A DNA stretch of 64,000 nucleotides from an uncultured Gammaproteobacteria bacterium (lineage in GTDB: Bacteria > Patescibacteriota > Patescibacteriia > Magasanikbacterales > GWA2-37-8), in NCBI GenBank assembly GCA_964540825.1, contig CAZINT010000001.1, positions 284,565 to 348,564 on the forward strand. The letters are read 5' to 3'. How positions within the stretch are numbered: the stretch's first letter is position 1; every line of letters begins with the position of its first letter. A model generated the notes under the pieces. That model was not told where the DNA came from. It saw only the letters and a program-made list of their open reading frames with translations, and searched no databases. A program made the position numbers and the translations under genes. Positions 16,436 to 26,169 of this stretch are shown here, one piece after another.

Positions 16436-18346
16436 ATGAGCAAAGTACTTGGAATCGACCTTGGAACAACCAATTCCTGTGTCGCAATTATCGAAGGAGG
16501 ACAACCAAAAGTATTGGAAAACAAAGAAGGAGCCCGCACCACCCCATCGGTTGTCGCGATGAGTAAAAGCGGGGAGCGCCTCGTGGGCCAGCTCTCCAAG
16601 CGCCAGGCCGTAACGAACCCTGAAAACACGCTCTATTCCATTAAGCGCCTGATTGGCCGCAAGTGGGAAGATGCGGAAGTGCAGCGCGACCTTAAACTCA
16701 TGCCGTACAAAATCGTAAAAAGCGGTGAAGGCGTGAAAGTGCTCTTGCAGGGTAAAGAATATTCGCCACAAGAAATTTCGGCCATGGTTTTGCAAAAATT
16801 AAAAGCCGATGCGGAAGAACGTTTGGGCGAAAAAGTAACTGAAGCGGTGATTACCGTTCCAGCCTACTTTGATGATGCGCAGCGCCAGGCTACCAAAGAC
16901 GCCGGTGAAATTGCCGGTCTCAAAGTTTTGCGTATTATTAACGAACCAACTGCCGCTGCCCTTGCCTACGGTTTTGATAAGAAAAAAGATCAGAAGATCG
17001 TAGTGTACGATCTTGGTGGTGGTACGTTTGATGTATCTGTCCTTGAAGTTAGTGAAGACTCGGTACAGGTACTTTCCACGAATGGTGATACGCACCTCGG
17101 CGGTGACGACTTTGATCAGAAAATTATTCAGTGGATTATCGATGAATTCAATAAGACTGAAGGTATTGATCTTGGTAAAGATCCGCTTGCTTTGCAGCGT
17201 ATTAAAGAAGCAGCTGAGAAAGCGAAGATTGAATTATCGACTGCCCAGGAAAGTGAAATTAACCAGCCGTTTATTACATCCGGTGCATCAGGCCCTAAGC
17301 ACCTCATGATGAAATTGACGCGCGCCAAACTCGAGGAATTGGTTGGCGGATTGGTTGACCAGACCATGGGCCCAGTCAAACGCGCCCTTGAAGACGCCAA
17401 ACTTTCAACCGGTGACATTCAGGAAATTGTGATGGTGGGTGGTATGACGCGCATGCCGCTTGTTCTCCAGGCTGTTGAAAAATATTTTGGCAAGAAACCA
17501 AACATTACCGTGAACCCTGACGAAGTGGTGGCCGTTGGTGCGGCTGTACAGGGTGGTGTATTACACGGCGATGTTAAGGATGTATTACTCCTCGACGTTA
17601 CGCCGCTGTCCTTAGGTATTGAAACCATGGGCGGTGTGATGACCAAACTGATTGAGCGCAATACGACAATTCCGGCCAGCAAGTCTCAGGTCTTCTCAAC
17701 CGCGGTTGATAATCAGCCAAGTGTGGAGATTGTTGTTCTGCAGGGTGAACGCCCAATGGCTGCTGATAACAAAACACTCGGCCGCTTTATCCTGAGTGAC
17801 ATTCCACCAGCTCCACGCGGTGTACCACAGGTAGAAGTTACCTTTGATATCGATGCTAACGGTATCTTGAATGTTAAAGCCAAGGACAAAGCCACCAATA
17901 AAGAACAATCAATTCGTATTGAAGCTTCAAGCGGTCTCTCCAAAGAGGAAATCGAACGCATGAAGAAAGATGCTGAAGCGCATGCTGATGAAGACAAGAA
18001 ACGCCAGGAACTGATCGAGGCCCGCAACATTGCCGACAGTATGGTGTATACTACCGAGAAGATGATGAAAGAAGTGGAAGAAAAGAAAGTGGCGATTACC
18101 GATGATGAAAAAAAGAAAGTGGAAGAAGGTCTCGCTAAGGTAAAAGAAGTGAAAGACAAAGACGATGTAGAAGCAATTAAGAAAGCCGCAGACGAGCTCT
18201 CAACTGCTGCCCAGGCCGTTGGCACCAAGATGTATGCTGCCAGCCAGCCACAACCAGGCGCGCAGCCAGAAGGCGGCGCCCCAGGCGCTGAGCCAAAGAA
18301 AGACGAGGGCCCAATTGAGGGTGAAGTCGTGGATGATAAGAAATAA
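16436..18346 (+). CDS. dnaK: Molecular chaperone DnaK (Hsp70)
   Basis: [29 protein letters not shown] and an EEVD-like acidic tail. Confidence 0.98.
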   Translation: MSKVLGIDLGTTNSCVAIIEGGQPKVLENKEGARTTPSVVAMSKSGERLVGQLSKRQAVTNPENTLYSIKRLIGRKWEDAEVQRDLKLMPYKIVKSGEGVKVLLQGKEYSPQEISAMVLQKLKADAEERLGEKVTEAVITVPAYFDDAQRQATKDAGEIAGLKVLRIINEPTAAALAYGFDKKKDQKIVVYDLGGGTFDVSVLEVSEDSVQVLSTNGDTHLGGDDFDQKIIQWIIDEFNKTEGIDLGKDPLALQRIKEAAEKAKIELSTAQESEINQPFITSGASGPKHLMMKLTRAKLEELVGGLVDQTMGPVKRALEDAKLSTGDIQEIVMVGGMTRMPLVLQAVEKYFGKKPNITVNPDEVVAVGAAVQGGVLHGDVKDVLLLDVTPLSLGIETMGGVMTKLIERNTTIPASKSQVFSTAVDNQPSVEIVVLQGERPMAADNKTLGRFILSDIPPAPRGVPQVEVTFDIDANGILNVKAKDKATNKEQSIRIEASSGLSKEEIERMKKDAEAHADEDKKRQELIEARNIADSMVYTTEKMMKEVEEKKVAITDDEKKKVEEGLAKVKEVKDKDDVEAIKKAADELSTAAQAVGTKMYAASQPQPGAQPEGGAPGAEPKKDEGPIEGEVVDDKK

Positions 18347-18392
18347 TCAGATTTAAACAGACTGGCCCTGTACGAAATGTGTACGGGGTTAG

Positions 18393-19007
18393 TTGTTTGA
18401 AAATAATTATATTTGTGTGATCAAAAAATATCTCATCATCGCCCTGTGCGTCGTTTTATTCGGTGGTGGTATTTACCTCGGCTACCGCGTAACTCGTCCT
18501 AACACGCCGGCCACACAAGTAACTTCGCAAACGGTTTTGATCACGCTCAAAAGCGAAGGGTTTTTGGTAACGCAGAGTTATGTGTTTAACCAACAAATTG
18601 ATATTGAACATTCCACAGGCAACCAATGGAAAGATATTTTTTGGAAGCAGGCGATCAAGGCCTCGGCTAATGTAAAAGTAAATTCCGGAGTAGACCTCAC
18701 CAAACTTACGGCTGATGATATTGCGATTCAGGATAAAACCATTATGGTTGCCCTGCCACAAGTAGAGGTAAATAGTACGGAAATTGTGGGCGATGTAATG
18801 GTTCAAAATAACCAAGGCATTTTCAAGCGTGCTTTTGATAATGATGACGGCTATAACCAAGCACTAACCGCGATCAAAGCTGAAGCACTCAAGGCAGCCG
18901 GTAAAGATGAAGTAATAGCGGAAGCACAGGCGAGTGCTGAGAAGCAAGTACAGCAATTAATTCGGTATGTGTATCCGGATAGGGATGTGGTAGTACGTTT
19001 TAAATAG
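18393..19007 (+). CDS. Membrane-anchored hypothetical protein (DUF4230-like, tentative)
   Basis: N-terminal TM followed by a soluble domain of about 170 aa; located between dnaK and dnaJ. Confidence 0.45.
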   Translation: MFENNYICVIKKYLIIALCVVLFGGGIYLGYRVTRPNTPATQVTSQTVLITLKSEGFLVTQSYVFNQQIDIEHSTGNQWKDIFWKQAIKASANVKVNSGVDLTKLTADDIAIQDKTIMVALPQVEVNSTEIVGDVMVQNNQGIFKRAFDNDDGYNQALTAIKAEALKAAGKDEVIAEAQASAEKQVQQLIRYVYPDRDVVVRFK

Positions 19008-19011
19008 AGGT

Positions 19012-19488
19012 ATGAAAATATCAAAAAAGTATCTATTTTTAATGAGCACGATATTTTTAGTGCTTGTCGGGATTGGGATGCTTTTGTATAAAAATATACC
19101 CCTCGTTAAAGTAAAATCAACAAACAATACGTATTCTGGTGAAGCCGCTGAAACTTCAACATACCGGGGGATTGTTACTGCGGCGAGCAATGATTGTGTG
19201 GTTGATGGAATTTGCGCGCTAACAATTGATCGGTTGTTGTACATCGTCATTGATAGCGGAAGAGGCATGGCCGCAGAACCCCGCAAGCAATTGTCGATCA
19301 ATCAATTACGGGGGTTTGATATTTACGATCTTACTTCGTTGGTCGGTAAAAAAGTTGAAGCCCATATCATCGGTTATGATTTTACCCTTAAACAAAAATT
19401 AAGAGATCAGTACCCAGATTTAGATGGCCTGCCCGCATATTTAGATTTAACAGATAATCCTGGTAATTATATAAAAAAACTCGATTAG
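19012..19488 (+). CDS. Membrane-anchored hypothetical protein
   Basis: N-terminal TM (LFLMSTIFLVLVGIGMLL) followed by a soluble domain of about 120 aa; 4-nt gap from the upstream gene. Confidence 0.45.
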   Translation: MKISKKYLFLMSTIFLVLVGIGMLLYKNIPLVKVKSTNNTYSGEAAETSTYRGIVTAASNDCVVDGICALTIDRLLYIVIDSGRGMAAEPRKQLSINQLRGFDIYDLTSLVGKKVEAHIIGYDFTLKQKLRDQYPDLDGLPAYLDLTDNPGNYIKKLD

Positions 19489-19521
19489 CGCTCAAGAGGT
19501 AGGATTTAATTAAATAAATAT

Positions 19522-20136
19522 ATGTTTAATCTTCGCCGTGGTCTTAACGAGTTATTGGAAGCAAAATTAGCTCAGCCCTCGGTAAGATTGTATGATGAGA
19601 TCAGCGATCAGGTGCTGGCTATATTTGATGAGCACGCACTCCGTGCTCTCGCGCGTAATGACCCGGATCTTCTCGCGGCGTATCATGCTGTGGCCATGGA
19701 AAATAAGGTTGATTTAAAAGATTTAAAGCACAAGTTACAGCTCCCCGATGCTTTTGAAGATGATTTTAAAACTACCGATTCTTACCGAATTTTTAAAAAA
19801 TTTTGGGAAATGCACAATAAGATGGCCTCGCTAAACGAGTTGCCTCCATCCGGCCAAATAACTGAGCTGGTTACATGTATTGATTTTATGGCGAATGCCT
19901 TGCACGTGCCGGAATATGAAATATTTTTGGAACTTTCCAAAGTTATGCGCGAATATTTTCATAAACGTGAGGGCTTGGCATATAGCGTAAGGAAAGATTT
20001 GGTCAAACAGCCCGAAAACACCAACAAAGAGCCGGATATTAACTTCATTTTAGAAAGTGTTTACGGTCATACGGGTAAACATGATGGTACTCAAGGAGCT
20101 GAAGTCATTCCCTTTAATCCTGGAACTAAAAGATAA
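19522..20136 (+). CDS. Hypothetical cytoplasmic protein immediately upstream of dnaJ
   Basis: 204 aa, no TM, no recognisable motif; 6-nt gap to dnaJ. Confidence 0.45.
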   Translation: MFNLRRGLNELLEAKLAQPSVRLYDEISDQVLAIFDEHALRALARNDPDLLAAYHAVAMENKVDLKDLKHKLQLPDAFEDDFKTTDSYRIFKKFWEMHNKMASLNELPPSGQITELVTCIDFMANALHVPEYEIFLELSKVMREYFHKREGLAYSVRKDLVKQPENTNKEPDINFILESVYGHTGKHDGTQGAEVIPFNPGTKR

Positions 20137-20142
20137 TAAGCT

Positions 20143-21252
20143 ATGTCTAAAGATTACTACAAAATTCTCGGTATCGACAAAAACGCTTCGACTGAGGAAG
20201 TAAAAAAAGCGTTTAAAAAAGCAGCGATGCAACACCACCCGGACAAACCCGGTGGTAACGAAGCAAAGTTTAAGGAAGCCAACGAGGCCTACCAGGTTTT
20301 GTCGGACAAAGAAAAGCGCGCCCGGTACGACCAGTTTGGTTCGGACTTCGAACAGCAGGGCGGTTTTGGTGGCGGTATGAGCTGGGAAGACCTCATGCGC
20401 GCGACGCGTGGCCAGGGCGGCCAGGGCGGCGGGTTTGAATTTAATTTTGGCGGACAGGATTTTGGAGATATTTTTGGCGACTTGTTTGGTATGGGCGGCG
20501 GACGCGCGCGTAATTCGGGACGACAATCCCGCGGGCGAGATATTCAGGTAGAAGTTGAGCTTGATTTTAAAGAAGCGGCGTTCGGCGTGGAGCGCGATGT
20601 ACGTCTGCGTAAGCAGGATACCTGCGACGTGTGTAAAGGCAGTGGTGCTGAGCCGGGAAGCAAAATGGAAAAATGTGATACGTGTAAAGGCCAAGGACAA
20701 GTGGTGCAAAACCAACGAACGTTCCTTGGGAATATGCAGACTGTTGCGACGTGCCCAACCTGTCAGGGTCGCGGCGAACATTCAACCAAAAAATGTAAAC
20801 ACTGCAATGGTAATGGGGTCGAAAATAAAGAATCAACGATCAAAGTAAAAATTCCCGCTGGTATTGATGAAGGTCAGTCGATTCGTATCAGCGGTAAGGG
20901 TGAAGCTGCGCCACACGGTGGAACGAGCGGGGACCTATATGTTTTGACGCACATTAAGCCAAGCAAAGAATTTCATCGTGAAGATTTTGATATTTATGTT
21001 GATAAAGAAATTTCGTATCCCCAGGCTGTCTTGGGTGACACTATCGAAGTTCCTACCCTCGAGGGAAATGTAAAAATTTTAGTGCCCGAAGGAACTGAAT
21101 CGGGTCAACTCATCCGTTTGAAAGGAAAGGGGATAACGCATCTTGGTAGTACGAGCCGCGGTGACGAGTTTGTGCGGGTAAAAATCCGGGTTCCAAAAAA
21201 AGTCAGTAAAGTGGCTAAAAAACTCCTGGAAGACCTCAAAACTGAAGTCTAA
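20143..21252 (+). CDS. dnaJ: Molecular chaperone DnaJ
   Basis: J-domain with HPD, a G/F-rich region and four CxxCxGxG zinc-finger repeats. Confidence 0.96.
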   Translation: MSKDYYKILGIDKNASTEEVKKAFKKAAMQHHPDKPGGNEAKFKEANEAYQVLSDKEKRARYDQFGSDFEQQGGFGGGMSWEDLMRATRGQGGQGGGFEFNFGGQDFGDIFGDLFGMGGGRARNSGRQSRGRDIQVEVELDFKEAAFGVERDVRLRKQDTCDVCKGSGAEPGSKMEKCDTCKGQGQVVQNQRTFLGNMQTVATCPTCQGRGEHSTKKCKHCNGNGVENKESTIKVKIPAGIDEGQSIRISGKGEAAPHGGTSGDLYVLTHIKPSKEFHREDFDIYVDKEISYPQAVLGDTIEVPTLEGNVKILVPEGTESGQLIRLKGKGITHLGSTSRGDEFVRVKIRVPKKVSKVAKKLLEDLKTEV

Positions 21253-21283
21253 AATTGGCTATAATTAGCCAAAATATAGCAAA

Positions 21284-21308
21284 AAGGCCTTGACAAAGGG
21301 CCTTTTTT
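21284..21308 (+). terminator. Rho-independent terminator after dnaJ (AAGGCC-TTGACAAAG-GGCCTT followed by TTTT)
   Basis: Hairpin plus T-tract; the loop contains TTGACA. Confidence 0.65.
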
Positions 21309-21318
21309 GTGCTATACT
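21290..21318 (+). promoter_or_regulatory. Near-consensus sigma-70 promoter: TTGACA (21290-21295), 17-nt spacer, TATACT (21313-21318)
   Basis: Read directly; the -35 hexamer sits in the loop of the dnaJ terminator. Confidence 0.5.
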
Positions 21319-21376
21319 TTTCTGTTTCGTCAAACAGACGAATTTTTTGTTTATAAGCTCTTTAATAATTTCTTGC

Positions 21377-21416
21377 GGTGAAAATAGGGTATCCCTTATT
21401 TCCACCGCAAGAACCA
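21377..21416 (+). promoter_or_regulatory. Nested stem-loop (CTTGCGGTG...CACCGCAAG with an inner AATAGGG/CCCTTATT pairing) in the leader of the 21438 gene
   Basis: 9-bp outer stem with a structured 22-nt loop, ending 20 nt before the start codon. Confidence 0.3.
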
Positions 21417-21437
21417 ACTGTTACCTGGAGGGAAACC

Positions 21438-21998
21438 ATGACGATCATGAAGTCTGTCCTCAATCGCTTGGCCGCGCTCGCCCACATCGTGGGTGTGGCG
21501 CTCTTCGCCTCGATCATCTTCGTTCTCTTCGCCGCTGGCTGTGGGTACGATGCTGTTGGACAGGGCGACGTCGAGGTCGCCGTTCCCGCGTCCGCGCCGG
21601 ATCCGCGCTTCACAGCGCCGGGTAACCCCGATTCTCCGCCGTGCTTGGGCTGCGGTTATGCGGCCTCGGTTGGCGAGAGCAAGTCTGTCGCGGCTCAGAC
21701 GCCGATCGCCGCCCCTCCCGGCTTCACGCTGCCGCTTGATCTGGGTGGCGCGCCTCTCAAGGCCTATCCAGCCTACGAGGAGCTGTGCTCCGGCGGAGAT
21801 GTGGCCGTCCGCCAGGACTGCCGCAGCTCCGAGCGCTACTGCAGCGCTCCCGCGAACCACAACGTGGCGGTCGGGGCGATCGACCTCCTATGGTGCGCTT
21901 CTACCGGTCAGACCACGCTCGTCCTCGTCTGCCCCACGGGCACGACCCCGGACAAGTTCGTGGTCGCCCGTACCGCCTACGCCGGCTGCAGCCGGTAG
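21438..21998 (+). CDS. Cys-rich secreted protein or lipoprotein, hypothetical (high-GC gene)
   Basis: Signal peptide with a FAAGC lipobox-like motif, 12 Cys, about 65% GC. ORF track start 21378; ATG 21438 chosen after the GGAGGG ribosome-binding site. Confidence 0.5.
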   Translation: MTIMKSVLNRLAALAHIVGVALFASIIFVLFAAGCGYDAVGQGDVEVAVPASAPDPRFTAPGNPDSPPCLGCGYAASVGESKSVAAQTPIAAPPGFTLPLDLGGAPLKAYPAYEELCSGGDVAVRQDCRSSERYCSAPANHNVAVGAIDLLWCASTGQTTLVLVCPTGTTPDKFVVARTAYAGCSR

Positions 21999-22174
21999 AC
22001 CCCCGCGTCTCCTTACGCGGAGCCCTACGACCCGGATTAAAACCCCGGGTCGCTCTAATAAATTTCTAAATTTTATTTGGAAATTTTGAGAGTTTTTTTC
22101 ACTTCGCACCTTTACAAAAGGTGTTTTTTGTTATCTACTATTCAAGCGTTATTTTTGAACGCTCGGAGGACAAG

Positions 22175-22937
22175 TATGTGGAACATTGCTCGCAACCTCG
22201 TCAGTTATATGCTCGTTGCCTCGGTGGTTTCATTCGTGGTGGCCTGCGGTGTGCAGCCGACCGGGGGAGTGGCGCCGTCAAACCCCGTCGCAAGCGTTCC
22301 GCCCCCGGTTACTCCTGAACGGCTGCACGTCGAGCTCGGACTCACGAACGGTGAAACGCGTTTCGACATGAGCCTGTTTGGCCCGGTTACCATCTGGAGC
22401 GGTCTTCAGTTGGCGCCGGTGGATGGCAGTTCGCGCTATCCAAGTCAGGTCAGCCTGGTGTGCAACGGGCAGCTGATCACTCCTACAAGTGTAAGAACGG
22501 GGAGTGTGTTTGGCCCTAACCGCGAGCTTGTTCTTGAGCTCTCGACGTATCGGAAGCCGGAGAGTGACTGCGCTGTTACCCTGGGCGCCGACTTCGCTGC
22601 GGCGAACGGAACAGCACTGGGTGTGGAAACGACGTTTGCCTTTCATGTGCGGAGCCTCCCGGATCAGTTTGAGCGCCTGGGGCACAAGCTGGGCAAGCCC
22701 GAGCGCCCGCGTCTTTGGAATATTGTCTTTTCAAATGGCGCGACCAAAAAATGCCCAGGCTTCGACGTCGCCCAAATCGCCTCGCCGCACGTCGTTATCC
22801 TGGTGTGCAGCGGCGACGGTTCGGCGTATACCGTTGACGAAGCGCGCGGGGACGTTGGCACGCTCGACTTCTTCCGTGCGAGCTACGGCGGGGAGTTCGT
22901 CAATTTTATCACCACCGACGAGTACACGATCGAATAG
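22175..22937 (+). CDS. Putative lipoprotein, hypothetical (high-GC gene)
   Basis: Signal peptide ending in the VVAC lipobox, about 62% GC. ORF track start 22077; the internal ATG at 22175 is more plausible. Confidence 0.5.
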
Positions 22938-23060
22938 GCTGCCTGCGTTACGCAAGGAGCCGGAGGGGGTTACTGTGCCGTCATTCGGGCCTGTGGTCTT
23001 GAATGACGGTTCTTCTTTTTAGTTGCACCTAGCCGGTGCGGTTGGTATACTCATGACAGT

Positions 23061-23573
23061 ATGGCTTTTACCAAAAAGGATTTTGAGCATTTTTATACGA
23101 CGCACTTTGATAAGGTGTATCGTTTTATTTTTTTCCGCGTTGGCTGTAATCAGGATTTGGCCGAAGACTTAGTTTCAGAAATTTTCATGAAAGCGCTCAA
23201 AAATTTTGACTCATATGATGCAGCGGTAAGCCAGTCGGCCTGGATCATGACCATTGCTAAAAATCACCTCTTAAATTATTGGCGCGATCGGAAAAATACT
23301 ATGCCGCTGCCAACAAGCGAAACGGCTGAGACCGGAGAGGGAAGTGATGCCTTTTGGCTAAAAAGTTCTTTGCTGCAGCTGCAGCAAACCGTAGAGCAGC
23401 GTGAAATAGCCGAGCTTTTGCTTAGTTTAGATGAAGAAAGCCGCGAAATTGTAACGTTTCACTATCTTTTGGGGTATAGTTATAGTGAGATAGCTCAAAA
23501 GCTGGGTATGAGCGAAGGCGCAGTAAAAGTAGCCGCTCATCGGGCGATCAAAAAAATGAGAACGTTATTATGA
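23061..23573 (+). CDS. RNA polymerase sigma factor, ECF (sigma-70 group 4) family
   Basis: Region 2 (FDKVYRFIFFRVG...DLVSEIFMKAL) and region 4 (EIVTFHYLLGYSYSEIAQKLGMSEGAVKV). Confidence 0.85.
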   Translation: MAFTKKDFEHFYTTHFDKVYRFIFFRVGCNQDLAEDLVSEIFMKALKNFDSYDAAVSQSAWIMTIAKNHLLNYWRDRKNTMPLPTSETAETGEGSDAFWLKSSLLQLQQTVEQREIAELLLSLDEESREIVTFHYLLGYSYSEIAQKLGMSEGAVKVAAHRAIKKMRTLL

Positions 23574-24286
23574 GTATATTTTTGAAATACAATTTAAAAA
23601 AAGCTGGAAAAAGTCTGTCGGCGCGCCCCGGTTTTAAACAGGAGCTCTGGCAGCGGCTTGATGGCGCTTTTGAGCCGGGCACGCGTCCAGAGAGTGTGTG
23701 GTATCGTCATTTTTCAGTCCGTTTTGCAATTGTGCTCGTAATTGCGGCGATGCTCGTCGGAACGGGGGCTACTGGCGTGTATGCATATAGCAGTCCTCAA
23801 GTAACTGATGGAACAGTCCTCTATCCGGTAAAACAAAGTATCGAACGTGTTGAAGAAAAATTACAGACAACCCCCGAAAAGAAAGCAGCCTTTTTATTGA
23901 AACAAATTGACCGCCGGGAAGCTGAGAAAAAAGTATTACTGGCAAAACGCAAACCGCTTCAAAAAGTGAATAGTGCAATTGTCCAAGTCGAGCGCAAGCT
24001 TGAAGTAACGAACGCAGCTTTAGAAGTAACACCCAAGAAAAATCCGGTACTTTTACAAAAAGTACAGGACCGTTTGAACGAACGTAAAGATCGTCTTAAA
24101 AAGATAAAAGATCAAATTAAAAATCGGCATAACGATCGCGAGGAATCAATGCCAACTTCCACACTGCGACAAAAATTGCTCGATACGTATGAGCACGAAG
24201 TAGAAGCGAGCACGCCCGAAAAAAAACTTCGAGAACGACTCCGTGAGCGAGCACAAGAAAATATTTTCAACCGTGAACGTAAATAA
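23570..24286 (+). CDS. Putative anti-sigma factor (single-TM, DUF5667-like coiled-coil ectodomain)
   Basis: Start overlaps the sigma gene stop (ATGA). Short N-terminal cytoplasmic segment, one TM, then a K/E-rich extracytoplasmic region. Confidence 0.5.
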   Translation: MSIFLKYNLKKAGKSLSARPGFKQELWQRLDGAFEPGTRPESVWYRHFSVRFAIVLVIAAMLVGTGATGVYAYSSPQVTDGTVLYPVKQSIERVEEKLQTTPEKKAAFLLKQIDRREAEKKVLLAKRKPLQKVNSAIVQVERKLEVTNAALEVTPKKNPVLLQKVQDRLNERKDRLKKIKDQIKNRHNDREESMPTSTLRQKLLDTYEHEVEASTPEKKLRERLRERAQENIFNRERK

Positions 24287-24288
24287 AT

Positions 24289-24325
24289 AAAAGGCCTTTC
24301 AAAATGAAAGGCCTTTTATTTATTT
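24289..24325. terminator. Bidirectional terminator (GGCCTTTC-AAAAT-GAAAGGCC flanked by A and T tracts)
   Basis: Perfect 8-bp stem with T-tracts on both sides between convergent genes. Confidence 0.8.
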
Positions 24326-24727
24326 TTTTAAGACTGCATCCAGCGCTTTATTCACTTCGGCGTCAGCTTCTTTGTTGCCGGCGCGCAGTGTGTGGCGGTA
24401 GGTAACTTTTTTAAATTTAGTTGAAAGGTTGTACGCTTCGAGCCAGAGTTTTTGGAGCGTTGGTTCTTTCACTTTGTATTCGCGCCGCATCTGTTTAACT
24501 GCAAGTTCGCTGTCGAGAATGCAATCGACTTCGGTCGCGCCGAGCTCGAGCGCCTTTTGAAGGGCCAGAATAAGCGCGGTGTATTCGGCAAAGTTGTTGG
24601 TTTGCGTGCCAAGATATTTGCCAAAAGCAGCTATGACTTCGAGCTGTTCGTTTTTAACGACCACACCTGCGGCTGCTGGCCCGGGGTTGCCGCGCGACCC
24701 GCCATCGGTATAGGTAATTAGTTTCAT
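24320..24727 (-). CDS. rnhA: Ribonuclease HI
   Basis: TDGGSRGNPGPAAAGVV...NNFAEYTALILAL...NKEAD catalytic motifs. Confidence 0.9.
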   Translation of the reverse strand: MKLITYTDGGSRGNPGPAAAGVVVKNEQLEVIAAFGKYLGTQTNNFAEYTALILALQKALELGATEVDCILDSELAVKQMRREYKVKEPTLQKLWLEAYNLSTKFKKVTYRHTLRAGNKEADAEVNKALDAVLKK

Positions 24728-24736
24728 AGAAAAAAA

Positions 24737-26086
24737 TTAGTATTCGAGCTTCCAAATGCCCGGTTTATTTTCAATTGTTGCAGAAAAATAAAGCAGCCGT
24801 TTGGCGGTATCGGCTCCGAGACCGGTCACGTTTACATTTTCTAGAATATCCTGGCTAACTAAGTAATACGGATACACGACAGATAGCTTGGTATCCGCGC
24901 GCAGGGCGACCGTATTGTAGGCATCGATAAAAACCGCTTGGCGCAGCGCAATGCTGGAGCGGTTCAATAAGTAGGGATCGCTGCCGCCAAGTGATGACCA
25001 CAATTCCCAGGGGTTCCATAACAGCCACCATCCAGTCGGTGACGTTGTAAAAGCGGTAGTGTGCAAGACAAACGAAGTTTGATTATTCGTCAGGATCATG
25101 GCATTTGCATCGCTGGTTTCAAGAAGTGCGGCATTATTTTGAATATGGCGAATCTTAAAACTGCTTGTGCCGGCTTCCATAAGTTTCGTACTAGGAATAG
25201 TGGCAAAAGTATTGGTAAATCCCAGCGTGTCGCGATCAATAGCGAGTTCGTTCGTGCTTGTATTTAAGGAGAGTGTCCACAGTTGCCCGCCATTAAAATA
25301 CCAGTCCATGGTAGTTTTAGTAGTCAACAGGGTGGTCGTTTCAAGCGCCGTGTCGGCTGCAACGATCGCCGCTGGGGTGCTGTAATATATGATGTGGTCA
25401 TTTTCTGAGTCCCACATATATTTTTGAAGTTCACCCGGTTCGGCAGCTGCAATATTCCAATTTTTTTGGGGGTTATTGGTTTTAAAAATCGTCAGCATCG
25501 TGTAGGGTGAAGCGTCATTCGCGACTGAAAAAAAGGTGTTATTTTTTGACCACGCGATGCTGGTAGTGGTGCTTGCGGTAACCCCGGGGAGCTTGGTGTC
25601 AGCGCCGGAAGCGGTACTATGCAGCCTGAGAGCGTGATCGGGTGTGGTGTAGACAAAATATTCTCCATCCGTACTAGCTGAAATAAACCGTTCGGCATCA
25701 GGTAGTACTAGTGAAGGGGCGGCTTTTTTGATAAGGGTAACATCTTTAATGTACACTGTTTGTTTGCTTTTGATGGTAATATCGCGGCTCCAGTCATAAT
25801 ACCCCGGCTTGGTAATAAGGAGGTGATACGAGTTAGGGGCAATATTTTTAAGTCGGACAGGAATTTTTTCGTTAATTTTTTGATTATTCAAAAAGACCAT
25901 CGCATCACTCGGGAGAGCGTCAACGCTCAGTGCGCCTATTTCTTTGATAAGTCCGCTTCGCCAGTCATAGCGATACCCAACCGTATAGAGTACCAAGAGG
26001 GGGGTGATGATAACGAAACTAGCCAAAAAAAGCGCCAATAAAAGTTGACGCCGACGCTTGGTAAGTGTGCTGCCGGGGTATTCCAT
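24737..26086 (-). CDS. Membrane-anchored PEGA-domain protein with a C-terminal beta-rich domain, hypothetical
   Basis: N-terminal TM, PEGA-like segment (DAMVFLNNQKINEKIPVRLKNIAPNSYHLLITKPGYYDW), then about 330 aa rich in S/T/W. Confidence 0.5.
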   Translation of the reverse strand: MEYPGSTLTKRRRQLLLALFLASFVIITPLLVLYTVGYRYDWRSGLIKEIGALSVDALPSDAMVFLNNQKINEKIPVRLKNIAPNSYHLLITKPGYYDWSRDITIKSKQTVYIKDVTLIKKAAPSLVLPDAERFISASTDGEYFVYTTPDHALRLHSTASGADTKLPGVTASTTTSIAWSKNNTFFSVANDASPYTMLTIFKTNNPQKNWNIAAAEPGELQKYMWDSENDHIIYYSTPAAIVAADTALETTTLLTTKTTMDWYFNGGQLWTLSLNTSTNELAIDRDTLGFTNTFATIPSTKLMEAGTSSFKIRHIQNNAALLETSDANAMILTNNQTSFVLHTTAFTTSPTGWWLLWNPWELWSSLGGSDPYLLNRSSIALRQAVFIDAYNTVALRADTKLSVVYPYYLVSQDILENVNVTGLGADTAKRLLYFSATIENKPGIWKLEY

Positions 26087-26169
26087 ACTGCGTTTCCCTG
26101 ACTTTGACTTTAAGGGCTATTGAATGTATAGTTAATCATAAGCTAAAAAGGGTTTTCAGTCAAAATACT

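Noticed and set aside
17713-18228. 171-aa and other minus-strand ORFs overlapping dnaK
   Set aside because: They are antisense to the highly conserved dnaK, have no start-site support and are Ser-rich mirror frames.
20050-20781. 243-aa minus-strand ORF overlapping dnaJ
   Set aside because: It is antisense to dnaJ in the Gly-rich, GC-rich region and is a spurious open frame.
21493-22089. Multiple overlapping ORFs on both strands in the 21.4-23.0 kb region (198 aa, 154 aa, 94 aa, 135 aa and others)
   Set aside because: High GC removes stop codons from all frames. Only the frames with signal peptides and a ribosome-binding site (21438..21998 and 22175..22937) were kept.
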